This document shows positions 35,201-43,707 of a stretch of DNA of 64,000 bases, one piece after another. The stretch covers positions 32,001-96,000 of the IMG/VR virus record IMGVR_UViG_3300033066_001917; one strand, written 5' to 3'. Position numbers and translations under genes: made by a program. Position 1 is the first letter of the stretch. The number at the start of each line of letters is the position of its first letter. The notes under the pieces are model-generated. The model did not search any database. It was given only the letters and a program-made list of their open reading frames with translations, and had not been told where the DNA came from. The stretch comes from a virus (Duplodnaviria > Caudoviricetes).

Positions 35201-36066
35201 GGGTCCGGAAGTACCGTTCTAATCGGTTTTACCTCTCCGCCGCGGGTGGAAAAGGACCATGGGATATACAGCTCTTTCACCCGAACGAGATCAACTGGCT
35301 GTAGCTCAAATGTGCCAAAGCCAATATTAACCTTGGTCCTGTATTGGAAATGACCAGGATAGTAACCCGGGGCAGGCAACTTCCATTTTGCAGAGGGTGT
35401 TCCAAGAACAGGGATTGTACTGGCATCCTTGGACCAACCTAGAATTTTTTGTTCCGTCTCAAGATCCCTCAACTGCAAAGTGTTAGTCCGTTTCCGACCA
35501 AACAGCACAACTTGTTTGTAGGTCGGAAAATCTTTCTCGGGAAAGGCAAAACACCCGATGTCATCATAGTTAGAAGCCAGAGTCTCTGCCGAGGCCGCCA
35601 GGGCAGTATAGGGGACGACGAAACAAAGGACACCCTCCGGGCACAAAGCGTCGGTGAACCTACGGAGAAATCTCTCCTCTAGTCTCTTGTATACTTTGTC
35701 CTGGTCATATGGGGGGTTGAGAAACAGAAGTGCCACACCCTGGTTGTCACTTTTACCTTTGGTCCATCGAACCTGGAAAGCGTCACCCACAATGGTATCC
35801 CCCCGACCGTAACCAACAGTGCGGCGGTGCGCATTTTTCAGAGACTCCCCCCTGCCCTGCTCCATTTCCACAGTATATAGCTCACACCCATTGTCAGTGC
35901 AGATTTTCTGGTAAATTTCGAGGATTGCCGACCCCTCCCCAGCACAAGGATCCATAAGAGCATATGGTTCATTGGGGTCCCAATCCAAATGACTAAGGAT
36001 GTGTGGGATGAGATGGTTGGGGGTTGGATAGTACCCGCCGACTGCTATGGAAGCTAACCTAGCCAT
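32278..36066 (-). CDS. N6-adenine methyltransferase (DUF6094-like) fused to an SF2/SNF2-like helicase
   Basis: GYYPTP, DPCAGEG, LNPPY; helicase motifs GEIGCGKS, DEGH, LTGS, TGLN, QAKGRSDRIGQ. Confidence 0.88.
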   Translation of the reverse strand: MARLASIAVGGYYPTPNHLIPHILSHLDWDPNEPYALMDPCAGEGSAILEIYQKICTDNGCELYTVEMEQGRGESLKNAHRRTVGYGRGDTIVGDAFQVRWTKGKSDNQGVALLFLNPPYDQDKVYKRLEERFLRRFTDALCPEGVLCFVVPYTALAASAETLASNYDDIGCFAFPEKDFPTYKQVVLFGRKRTNTLQLRDLETEQKILGWSKDASTIPVLGTPSAKWKLPAPGYYPGHFQYRTKVNIGFGTFELQPVDLVRVKELYIPWSFSTRGGEVKPIRTVLPDPSAESLATRKYPVAVPPKPAHIAAGIAAGVFNGERVVPDDPKSGAPDILVKGVFDREYETIEEKKNKDGEVTSVVQAQRPRLVITVLDLKTKKIQEIQSSTSITGSVDTARMTSGDLLTLYGKSLLRVLRSHCPVLYDPANPKDHFPLPILARPLFQAQEHAVRALTRLLGGPNVSMARRKGKSAILLGEIGCGKSGMSLATAFACGSEKILVVCPPHLLESWEEQMRFVDPSAKVMVLRSVSDIDAMASYKGGRILGILSREAAKLGHGWIGVEKSCPGCGGKLPDEDLAKKRSRCSLKPIKPSSEDAEILLEIARTFYKLNPTNSVVRAALTGGLLSSMVLKASKEEGSLDRTSVESKRKELMADLRQQPRVKDIARRLVGLFPERYGYGSAPEVKAIVHFLAGINDPDLTLDVATTLLVGSVAFQLGEYGAGMHCQDAAKNLYMMLPTSHQNRLRDETTHDNFKKFWREMTSFKESCENGYLDLSTADGHPTYRNRPMGDTGHIFMALSSLNETATWIREEECGTELFQAIGEPMRYPLATYITHNKPETFDFLILDEGHEYSTDGSAQERAAHRLTGLGKPTILLTGSIMNGYAESLFANWWALFPSFREEFDRDDRRPFVDRYGYRKRLLQDTDKSTGEIVEYGAMSDRVERKEKDLGSAPGVLPLFVLKMLASCVTIHKADLALNLPPCREIVVRVKPDPDQENVHLFLVGELLNQVRKDRYTPLAGKLWGQVSEIPSHLDRATKDTGNTPDGAYEVRYPESEGRLLVARGEPVGLAPLPKERELLSTIENEYKEGRNVLVLTWHVELIPRLQKLIETKFGWKVPVLDPAKVPTGKRQSWIDKHVVGPKAPVLITNPVCVQTGLNVLVHFSSQWWHENPACNPIVYRQAKGRSDRIGQDKEIRIYLPRYTVISQEKAMSLLFHKVGVSMATDGLDSESALMAAGVGDVGVSGLSVGKELYNMISEVWT

Positions 36067-36067
36067 G

Positions 36068-36862
36068 TTAACCTTTTACCGCGAAATAGCGATCAGTGCA
36101 CTGGGAAAGCACTTTGTTGAAATCATCATGACTGGATTTTAGTCCGAGGACTACATCTAAACCCAAGTCACTTCGCCCGATTACCTTGAATTCGTCCCCA
36201 CTACGATCCCATCGGCGATAAGTAGGTGTCTCAATGTCTATTGCTTCTTTGGCAATGCCCGCATCAATACAAGCCAGGAGAAGCTGAAGATGAAAACAAG
36301 GGTCGGGGATAATAGGGGCTCGTGTTCGATTGTCCAGGTATGAGCAAAAGAGGGAAGCGACAGCACAAAGCCCCCGAAGGTCGGATCTCTTTCGAGGTTC
36401 ACCATTCTGAACCCTTGTTTTCATGGCGTGGTCAACCATCAAATCTAACGGCAGTTTCTGTTCGTGTTCTTTTGACCATGGCACGGAGGGTGTTAGGGCA
36501 AACCGAATTTCCGTTGGGTCTACCATTCCCGGGTTGATGTCCCACAACTCCGGGAGATAGACTGTAGTAACGGACACACCCTCAAATCTCTGGGTTGCGT
36601 GAAGATACCGGGCACTCCGTAGAAATTCGAATGTCAACTGACTGTGTTTGGATCCTCCGGACAAGGCTTTGGCCCCCGTTTGAAGGTTTGCCATGAAGGG
36701 GCGGCCTTGTGTTTCGGTTGCGGCGAAGGCTGCAAATATTGGCCGCTCGTTGTCCCCCGCCTGAGGCCACAACCAATTCGATACAATGTAACCTAGAAGG
36801 GTAGCCTCGAAAACTCGGCCTTTCCCCTTCTTGTCTTTTTGTTCTATTTGGAGATTGATCAC
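36068..36862 (-). CDS. hypothetical protein coupled to the methylase-helicase
   Basis: stop lies 1 nt before the helicase ATG. Confidence 0.75.
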   Translation of the reverse strand: MINLQIEQKDKKGKGRVFEATLLGYIVSNWLWPQAGDNERPIFAAFAATETQGRPFMANLQTGAKALSGGSKHSQLTFEFLRSARYLHATQRFEGVSVTTVYLPELWDINPGMVDPTEIRFALTPSVPWSKEHEQKLPLDLMVDHAMKTRVQNGEPRKRSDLRGLCAVASLFCSYLDNRTRAPIIPDPCFHLQLLLACIDAGIAKEAIDIETPTYRRWDRSGDEFKVIGRSDLGLDVVLGLKSSHDDFNKVLSQCTDRYFAVKG

Positions 36863-36936
36863 GAGCCTATCTTACGAAACGAGGGTGCTGTTGAAGCCTT
36901 CTAAGGAGATAAATGCCGCGGATTTCGGACCCGAAA

Positions 36937-37323
36937 TCAAGAGCCAATCAGCATTTTCTTTACAAGATGGGCGTTCAATTGCCGATCAATCTCTCGATCG
37001 GAGTATAGGTTACCCACATCATAGTGGACTAACCAAGCCTCCTCCATGAAATCAACCAACCGGAACTCTTCCCCCCCAAAAAAGTAGTAGACAGAAGCCA
37101 TAGGGTGTGGTTTATTCTCTACCCTACACACACGGATAAAATGGTCGATAACTACCGGGGAGAACGTCACAACGATGGCGTCCCCTGCATGGATGGTGTG
37201 ACCATCAGTGTCTTTCTCAATCTCCATGACTGAGTCAACCCGATCTCTGATCCGGTCGGGATGGTCGTCCCCAGAAATGAAAACCTCACCCGGTCGTGGG
37301 TGCCGGTTGATGACCAGCTTCAC
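36937..37323 (-). CDS. hypothetical protein
   Basis: GTGA overlap. Confidence 0.6.
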   Translation of the reverse strand: MKLVINRHPRPGEVFISGDDHPDRIRDRVDSVMEIEKDTDGHTIHAGDAIVVTFSPVVIDHFIRVCRVENKPHPMASVYYFFGGEEFRLVDFMEEAWLVHYDVGNLYSDREIDRQLNAHLVKKMLIGS

Positions 37324-37508
37324 TTCCCACCGTTTTTCATTGTCATCTGCAACATTTTTATGGTGTGACGGTAGGCACTAGCTTTGCCCTCGCAGTAACC
37401 AATGTCCCTCGCCTCCCCATTGATGGAGTGCTCCTCCGCACTGGTTTCATTTACCTCGACTAGCTGCTCCAGGTCCTTGAGTATACGTTCAATGCTTTGT
37501 TTGTTCAC
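37320..37508 (-). CDS. hypothetical protein
   Basis: ORF tiling. Confidence 0.55.
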   Translation of the reverse strand: MNKQSIERILKDLEQLVEVNETSAEEHSINGEARDIGYCEGKASAYRHTIKMLQMTMKNGGK

Positions 37509-37655
37509 TATTTTCTCGTTTCAGTAGGTGGGCTGACGAAGGTTCAAGGCTCCACAGATGGCGTGAGACATGGTGATGTGTTTCCACCTTTTCCAGTTGG
37601 ACGCGCCAACCCTGTAGTGGAGGTTGTATCTCACGTTAGGTCCCTTGTCCCTTAC

Positions 37656-37994
37656 CTATCGTTTATCCCCATACATGGTCTCGTCCCGACTAGTCCACCA
37701 CTTGGGGCGATAGGGGCACGAGCCTTCAGGGTACCTCTTCAGGTAGGTTTTGTAGTCCTCACGCCATACGGCGTCGTGCTCACCCATAGTTTCTCGAATG
37801 GCTTGGCGAACCCTACCTAAATCCCCCATGGCCAATACGTGCGCCCACCCGGAAGAATAGTGCCAGTCTACTGATTGGCCGGATACCAGAGCGATGGTTT
37901 TGACCCACCGTTCAATCTCTTCCGCAGGGCCAATACCTGTTGTGAACATTAACTCACCATATTTGGCAACGGTCGGATCACACGTGTCATCCAT
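37656..37994 (-). CDS. hypothetical protein
   Basis: GQSVDWHYSSGWAHVL motif; ORF tiling. Confidence 0.65.
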   Translation of the reverse strand: MDDTCDPTVAKYGELMFTTGIGPAEEIERWVKTIALVSGQSVDWHYSSGWAHVLAMGDLGRVRQAIRETMGEHDAVWREDYKTYLKRYPEGSCPYRPKWWTSRDETMYGDKR

Positions 37995-38048
37995 GGCCTA
38001 TGTTACTTTCAATCGGTGAGATGTGGTTTTGGGAAATCCTGTGGGGGA

Positions 38049-38417
38049 TCATGACTCCCATGGGATTAGGTACAACCCTGGGGTTACTCCAACCCCCTGG
38101 AGCTCTGGATCCAGGTGATTGAAGGTCTCCCACGCCCCGTCTCGATCCGCGAACACTGGACCAACATCAAGTTCATCGAGTTTTACCGGACATCCAGGGA
38201 TGACAGCACAGGATGCTATCACCACCCCCACGTACCCAATGGGATACCCGTAACCGTCCAGGCCCGGCAACCCTACGAACCCATACAATTCGAGTTCGTC
38301 AATAAACTCCGGGTCCCCACCTTTGTGACGTGGGTCGCCTTTGGGCCAAGAGCGAATCACGTCGGCATGTGCCTTGGTGAATGGCACGCCGTAGATCAAT
38401 TTCATGGATGTGTACAT
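38049..38417 (-). CDS. hypothetical protein
   Basis: GAGG RBS. Confidence 0.65.
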   Translation of the reverse strand: MYTSMKLIYGVPFTKAHADVIRSWPKGDPRHKGGDPEFIDELELYGFVGLPGLDGYGYPIGYVGVVIASCAVIPGCPVKLDELDVGPVFADRDGAWETFNHLDPELQGVGVTPGLYLIPWES

Positions 38418-38419
38418 GC

Positions 38420-38695
38420 TTAGTAATCCTCTTGGCGGAGAACCATGTTCTTCCGTGGGTGGTAGAAGTGCCCTTCGGGTCCCAAAAGGTCCATCATTCG
38501 ACGGTGAAGCTCTTTTTCCTTTGGTCCCCGTCGTGCAACATAGGTGACCTGTCGCTCGTGAATGTTACACCAAAGGACAATATCTGAGAATTCCACGTGG
38601 AGAATTTGGTTGATGGTGGGAACAGGGAATATAGCGTCCCACATCTTGTAGTTCCAGTGGGCTTGGTAGGTGGATCGTTTTGCAGGATCTGTCAC
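38420..38695 (-). CDS. hypothetical protein
   Basis: ORF tiling. Confidence 0.55.
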   Translation of the reverse strand: MTDPAKRSTYQAHWNYKMWDAIFPVPTINQILHVEFSDIVLWCNIHERQVTYVARRGPKEKELHRRMMDLLGPEGHFYHPRKNMVLRQEDY

Positions 38696-38790
38696 GGTGT
38701 GTTATTTGAGTACAGGGGTTCTTGACCTATCCTTGACTCTTCTCATAGGTTTACGACGGGTCGCGTCATTGTGGTTGCGTAAGTGTCCCT

Positions 38791-39270
38791 ATGACACCAG
38801 AAATCATTATTGCCATCCTCCTCGAACTTTTTCCTCATATGTCCGGCAACAACCGACAGTGCATAGAAAACCATCAGGATAGGATTGTGCAACAGGTACA
38901 TGAGGCTACCGATGCCCCCTTGATTGAAGGAGTGCCCTCAATCCCGCCCGAGGTTCTCATGGTCGTCGGGTTTGTCGAGACTCATCTTGGTTGCGATGTG
39001 GGTGAGGGTGGTAATTGGGGCGCTCCAATTGATGCAGAGCATCGGCATACGGCTGGAACCCACATGCACGCTGCCTACTCCCTGGCACGAGGCTACCAGC
39101 GTTGTGGTTCGTGGGATGGTGCAATCATGCGCTTTCGCACCGGGCTTTGTAACCCAAGGCACAGTTCTAGTCCGGAGATAACGACCCTTGGATTAAGATA
39201 CCTCAGATTGGTTCACCACATCATCCGTAGGATTGAAGTTCGAGCCACGCCTGCCGGGATGGGGTGCTAG
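38791..39270 (+). CDS. putative lysozyme-like / SLT-fold protein
   Basis: IPPEVLMVVGFVETH resembles the transglycosylase catalytic-Glu helix; W.GAIMRF.TG resembles the C-terminal motif. Confidence 0.4.
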   Translation: MTPEIIIAILLELFPHMSGNNRQCIENHQDRIVQQVHEATDAPLIEGVPSIPPEVLMVVGFVETHLGCDVGEGGNWGAPIDAEHRHTAGTHMHAAYSLARGYQRCGSWDGAIMRFRTGLCNPRHSSSPEITTLGLRYLRLVHHIIRRIEVRATPAGMGC

Positions 39271-39280
39271 TTTTCATCCC

Positions 39281-40123
39281 TCACTCGTCCCGCCACATAC
39301 CACTCGAATTTGCCGCTTTCTCCGCTAGACTACTGAAAAGTGCGTAGCACTCCGCAATGGTTTTGTGCCGCGGTGCCTGGGGGCCATTTTGGGAGGGTCC
39401 CCATTCCCGGTTTAGTCGACCCATGAGGATTCGCAGAAGGCACAGTTCGGCAAACCCCCGGAGTACCTCATCCCTATCTTCCGGATCCACTTCTTCTGTG
39501 GCGCAAATGAGGGCGAAATTTACGAATCCCATCGCAAGTCCAATGCGCCCCGGATGATCCGGAATCATCACGTTCGGCAGACCGTATGAAGCCTGCCACA
39601 GAGTCTTCCGTCGGTCCATCTCTTTCCCATCTTCCCGAGCCCATTCGATTTCATGGGCAACCTGTGTGATGGTTTCGTCCAGGGCCTTGCGGAGCACCAT
39701 AGTGATGCTTTCCAGGGAATATTTCCCCACGGTCATCCTCATCATTGGGTCCCACACGTCACGGCGGATGAAAGCCAGACGTAGTGGTACAGGACGTTCA
39801 CCCTTACGGTCGATCACTTTGTGGAGACCGTAAGGGATGACCCTTTCCATCATCCCCCCGAAGTTTGCATTTTCGTCCAGGGGTTCGGCCGGATCCAACC
39901 GGATCTGCTCCCAGGCGATCCGCTCCATCCATCCGTCTCCCGGCTCGTAGCACCCGTTGTGCTCTCGGTCATATGTGTTGTGGATTGGGGGTGAGCGGGG
40001 TACCCATCGGGCTTCGGAACCCACGTCACTGGTGCGTTCGCTACCCGCTAGGATGATGACTACCACGTCTTCGTCACCAATGGGAAGTCCAGAGACTGCG
40101 CAAATGCCGTATTTATCACTCAT
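39281..40123 (-). CDS. hypothetical protein
   Basis: long ORF; CAVSGLPI N-terminus. Confidence 0.7.
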   Translation of the reverse strand: MSDKYGICAVSGLPIGDEDVVVIILAGSERTSDVGSEARWVPRSPPIHNTYDREHNGCYEPGDGWMERIAWEQIRLDPAEPLDENANFGGMMERVIPYGLHKVIDRKGERPVPLRLAFIRRDVWDPMMRMTVGKYSLESITMVLRKALDETITQVAHEIEWAREDGKEMDRRKTLWQASYGLPNVMIPDHPGRIGLAMGFVNFALICATEEVDPEDRDEVLRGFAELCLLRILMGRLNREWGPSQNGPQAPRHKTIAECYALFSSLAEKAANSSGMWRDE

Positions 40124-40167
40124 GGTTGCTAGTTACGACACTGCGCGAATGGTTGATACCTTAAAAT

Positions 40168-40455
40168 CTACTCGTCGGATTCACGCACCGAGAATCGGTA
40201 GGTGGCGCCATGCCCGGAATCTTTCGTGTAGGATGCACACCATCCTTTTTTACGGATCCGAGTCATGGCTTCTTGAACTGCGATTTCATCCCATTCTTTG
40301 TTCGTGACGGGGAGGGATACACCCTGTCTGAGATTTGCCCGGATAAAAACCAAAATCTCTTGGATTTGTGGTTCGAGGATTTGGATCCGTTCGACACGCA
40401 TTTCGTGGGGGGTGGGGAACTCAATGCTGTTTTCATCAAATTGTTCAAGGCTCAT
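40168..40455 (-). CDS. hypothetical protein
   Basis: ORF tiling. Confidence 0.6.
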   Translation of the reverse strand: MSLEQFDENSIEFPTPHEMRVERIQILEPQIQEILVFIRANLRQGVSLPVTNKEWDEIAVQEAMTRIRKKGWCASYTKDSGHGATYRFSVRESDE

Positions 40456-40463
40456 TGGCCATC

Positions 40464-40898
40464 CTACTTTCTTTTGATAAGATCAAAAGCAGCATATGCT
40501 GCTATCTCCCCGTCTGAATGGCGAACATAATAGGTTTCTCCATTCTTACTATCGATGACCCCGGGTGCACTGACTTTGCGGCGAACCACATAGGATTGCG
40601 GCGCCTCCACACAGAATGAGGGACTCATATGATCGGTCGTTTCGATTTCTGTTCCAACTTTCAGGTGGCGATATCGAAACCAACGGCCCACTTTGGGTGC
40701 TATGTCATACGCTAGATATGCTCCCCCAAGGTAAAGGACTCCAGCAGTAACAACCGCAACTGGTCCTAGCACAAGACCGATAAGGACCCCCAGAGCTTTC
40801 CCAGACAGAAGATAGCCCCCCAAGCCGCCACCCAGAATCGATCCGGCCAGACCTTTGGCAAATGTAGTGTGTTTTGGTAAAAATGCTGCGTTGTTCAT
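40464..40898 (-). CDS. membrane protein (glycine-zipper-like)
   Basis: GLAGSILGGGLGG hydrophobic segments. Confidence 0.65.
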   Translation of the reverse strand: MNNAAFLPKHTTFAKGLAGSILGGGLGGYLLSGKALGVLIGLVLGPVAVVTAGVLYLGGAYLAYDIAPKVGRWFRYRHLKVGTEIETTDHMSPSFCVEAPQSYVVRRKVSAPGVIDSKNGETYYVRHSDGEIAAYAAFDLIKRK

Positions 40899-40905
40899 AC
40901 CCGGG

Positions 40906-41745
40906 TTACTCTTTTGTTGGGCAATTTGAAGTGAAAATCCTCGCCCATGCCTCGGCACTCCAACCTACACGATCCGACACCTGCCCATCCCCCAACTCGA
41001 CCAATCTATCTTCCCCTTCCGTGTTTCTCGCGATGTCCACGCAAAAAAACGGACTGTCAATAACCTTAGCGCAATGCCTTAAGATATCCGGAACTACTTC
41101 CCTCCCCTCCGGTGAAAATGGTTCTCCGCGAAATACGAAAAATCTCTTCTCCGTTCCTTCTTCATACATTTCCACTCTACGCAGACACACTCCACCCTCT
41201 ACCATCCCCCGATAATACCTCATTTGCTCAAGGGTTTGTTGTAGCTGTTCGATGTTATGGACAAAAGGCCCCCGGCCTACTTTGAGTGACTTGACATAAT
41301 CCTTGACAAAGTAAGCACTCCACCCAAGTTGACCCATCAGGGATGTAAAATCTGTATTCTCTTCCACCACTACGGTTTCAGCCGTCCATCTTCGGAGAAG
41401 CGGGTACCAATTAGGAAGATGGTGACATTGGAGATATTTTTCATAGGATGTCAACATCATCCCGCCCTGTCCATGAACTCCTCGACACAGATTCAAGTAT
41501 TGCACTGCCGACAGCATCCATCCACGATAGACGATGATGTCACCTGGATTTATCTGGGGTCGTACCTTGAAATTTTCCGTTTCGAGGTTCCCGTCTAGGA
41601 TAGATAGGTCTACCTCCTTCAGAGCATCAACCTCCTCCAAGAACATTTCATCCGGCACCCTCGGATTAATGGGGTTGGAGGGGTGCAGAAATCTTAGGTT
41701 GCCATACATTTTCCGAAGGTATCCTGTTGATGGTTTTGGTGACAT
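40906..41745 (-). CDS. ATP-grasp domain protein (R2K/DUF4343-like)
   Basis: YRGWML, FVKDYVKSLK, EKRFFV, FFCVDIA...LVELGDGQVSD. Confidence 0.88.
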   Translation of the reverse strand: MSPKPSTGYLRKMYGNLRFLHPSNPINPRVPDEMFLEEVDALKEVDLSILDGNLETENFKVRPQINPGDIIVYRGWMLSAVQYLNLCRGVHGQGGMMLTSYEKYLQCHHLPNWYPLLRRWTAETVVVEENTDFTSLMGQLGWSAYFVKDYVKSLKVGRGPFVHNIEQLQQTLEQMRYYRGMVEGGVCLRRVEMYEEGTEKRFFVFRGEPFSPEGREVVPDILRHCAKVIDSPFFCVDIARNTEGEDRLVELGDGQVSDRVGWSAEAWARIFTSNCPTKE

Positions 41746-42603
41746 ATGAGCTTCGGTTGGAACGGTACTTTTAGGCAGGGTGCTTGGAGAGACTTCCGGT
41801 TTTTTGTCCTACATCAGCGAAAAGACGTTCTTCCTCGTTTGACTACGATCAACGCAGAACTGAATCGCATTGGTCGAATACGTATTCTTTATGCCAGAAA
41901 TAACCCGGATGACCCTAATAGTCCTCTTTCGGAAGCTAGGGTTGGTCTTGATGTAACCCCCGGGACCAGTTTGTGCAAGCTTTTGCAGGCTTACATCGCA
42001 AATGGGGGTAATCCCTTTGACATATCAATGTTTCTTACTCCGGACGCTTTTGAGCTGATCGAGGATGGGGAAAATGCTGGGGGTTTGCGAGAGACGCAGC
42101 CTTATGGCGGGGCGGCTTGGTCGGCTTCTAGAGATCCTATTGTTGGTGGTCTTCATACGGGAGGGTGGATTCCACTGTGGCGATATCCCCCTCGGAGATT
42201 GGGTACCAATCGCTCCTACCCGGAGAAATCTACCGAAGTGGCAAGGGATACCAGAGCCATGAGGCAATGGATCTCTAAAGAAATTCGAACCCTTCGCAAC
42301 GACTTAGAGGCTAGAATCCTCAAACTTTGCGATTTGCGAGAGCAACTCATGCAAGAGGCAAACGAGCTTCTTCCGCAAGCCGTTGGTGGGGTTGTCCCAG
42401 GCGTTAGCTATAATTCCAATCTTTACGCTGTTAGCCATCACGTTAGTGCGATTACCGATGCAATAGATAGTATCTTTTACACCACCACACCTGAGGGTAT
42501 GTTTGATTTTTCTAACCCCCGATCTACTGGACCAAATCCCGAGTATCCAACACTCATGGATGATGCCCCGGATGGGGAAGAGGATTGGACGGCTCTGGGG
42601 TGA
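41746..42603 (+). CDS. putative virion structural protein
   Basis: first gene of the structural operon; assigned by position only. Confidence 0.6.
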   Translation: MSFGWNGTFRQGAWRDFRFFVLHQRKDVLPRLTTINAELNRIGRIRILYARNNPDDPNSPLSEARVGLDVTPGTSLCKLLQAYIANGGNPFDISMFLTPDAFELIEDGENAGGLRETQPYGGAAWSASRDPIVGGLHTGGWIPLWRYPPRRLGTNRSYPEKSTEVARDTRAMRQWISKEIRTLRNDLEARILKLCDLREQLMQEANELLPQAVGGVVPGVSYNSNLYAVSHHVSAITDAIDSIFYTTTPEGMFDFSNPRSTGPNPEYPTLMDDAPDGEEDWTALG

Positions 42604-42630
42604 TGCCCCTATTATATTTAAAGGAGATCC

Positions 42631-43707
42631 ATGTCTCAAGATTTTCAGCTCGCTTGGCCATGCCCCCATCTGCAAACTGAGCATGATCTGTCCCTACAAC
42701 CGGATCGGATGTCTCTTGTCACACGCACTCCTATTAACGGGATTGGTGCGATGGTGGTTCGGGCTAATGGTGTTGATATCCCAACCAACGGAATCAGTTC
42801 GAAGGCTTTTCTTCAATCTGGTCTCCGAGAACCTTACCTAGTCAGTCGGGGCAATACGGATCTCACCATCACCACTCAAAGCACCACAAAAGTTGTAAAC
42901 CTTACGCCCGGGTATGTTAGGGTACAAGACCTTGTTTCTGTTCTTCAAAGGTCCCTAGGATCCAGTGTTGTCGTCGGGAACAACAACGGGTTTCTAACGC
43001 TTACAGAGCAACTGGAACTTGGCCCTTTCTCTACCCTTCGAGTAACCGGAACCGCGGCCTCCTCAATTGGTTTTGGTTACCAGTGGGGTTCTGCCGGGCA
43101 GGTTGTTGTACCTCCATGGTCATTGTTCGGTCTTGGCGATGGGGGTTATCAAATTCGATTTTCCAAACCTATTCGATCAGGTTCTATTTTCAGCGTCACG
43201 TATCCCGTGGCTCCAACACAATGTCTTCGGTGTCGGGCTACAGGTATTGAGAATGACGTTCGAACGGGGGTTCGTGGGGATGCCAGGATGGTATCTGACA
43301 ACAACCTTTTGTATCAGATGTGCCTCAAGGTTATCCTCACCAACCTGCGTAGTAACATCTACTACCCCTGGTATGGGTCAAACATTAAGGCTTCAGTAGG
43401 GACGAAAGCTCAGAGTGGATCCGCACTCGCAATCCAGCAATCGGTTCGAACCGCTTTGTCTAATCTCCAGAATCTGCAGTCAGCCCAATCAAATTTTCAG
43501 TTGGTATCCCCTAAGGAAAGGCTGTTTGCCGTGGATCGTGTTCAGGTAACCGAGTCAGAAGTGGATCCTACGGTATTCCTTGTAGACGTTGCGGTGAGAA
43601 GTTACTCAAGTGATCCGGTAAGCATCACAATTGTTTATGCCGCTCCGGGCACGTATGCACTTCCCGGTACCAACGGGTTGTCACTTGGAATGGGAGGAAA
43701 TTCGTGA
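42631..43707 (+). CDS. baseplate wedge protein with gp25/GPW-like C-terminal domain
   Basis: LLYQ..LKVILT..SN.YYPWYGS...ERL..VD.V; directly upstream of the baseplate J-like gene. Confidence 0.72.
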   Translation: MSQDFQLAWPCPHLQTEHDLSLQPDRMSLVTRTPINGIGAMVVRANGVDIPTNGISSKAFLQSGLREPYLVSRGNTDLTITTQSTTKVVNLTPGYVRVQDLVSVLQRSLGSSVVVGNNNGFLTLTEQLELGPFSTLRVTGTAASSIGFGYQWGSAGQVVVPPWSLFGLGDGGYQIRFSKPIRSGSIFSVTYPVAPTQCLRCRATGIENDVRTGVRGDARMVSDNNLLYQMCLKVILTNLRSNIYYPWYGSNIKASVGTKAQSGSALAIQQSVRTALSNLQNLQSAQSNFQLVSPKERLFAVDRVQVTESEVDPTVFLVDVAVRSYSSDPVSITIVYAAPGTYALPGTNGLSLGMGGNS

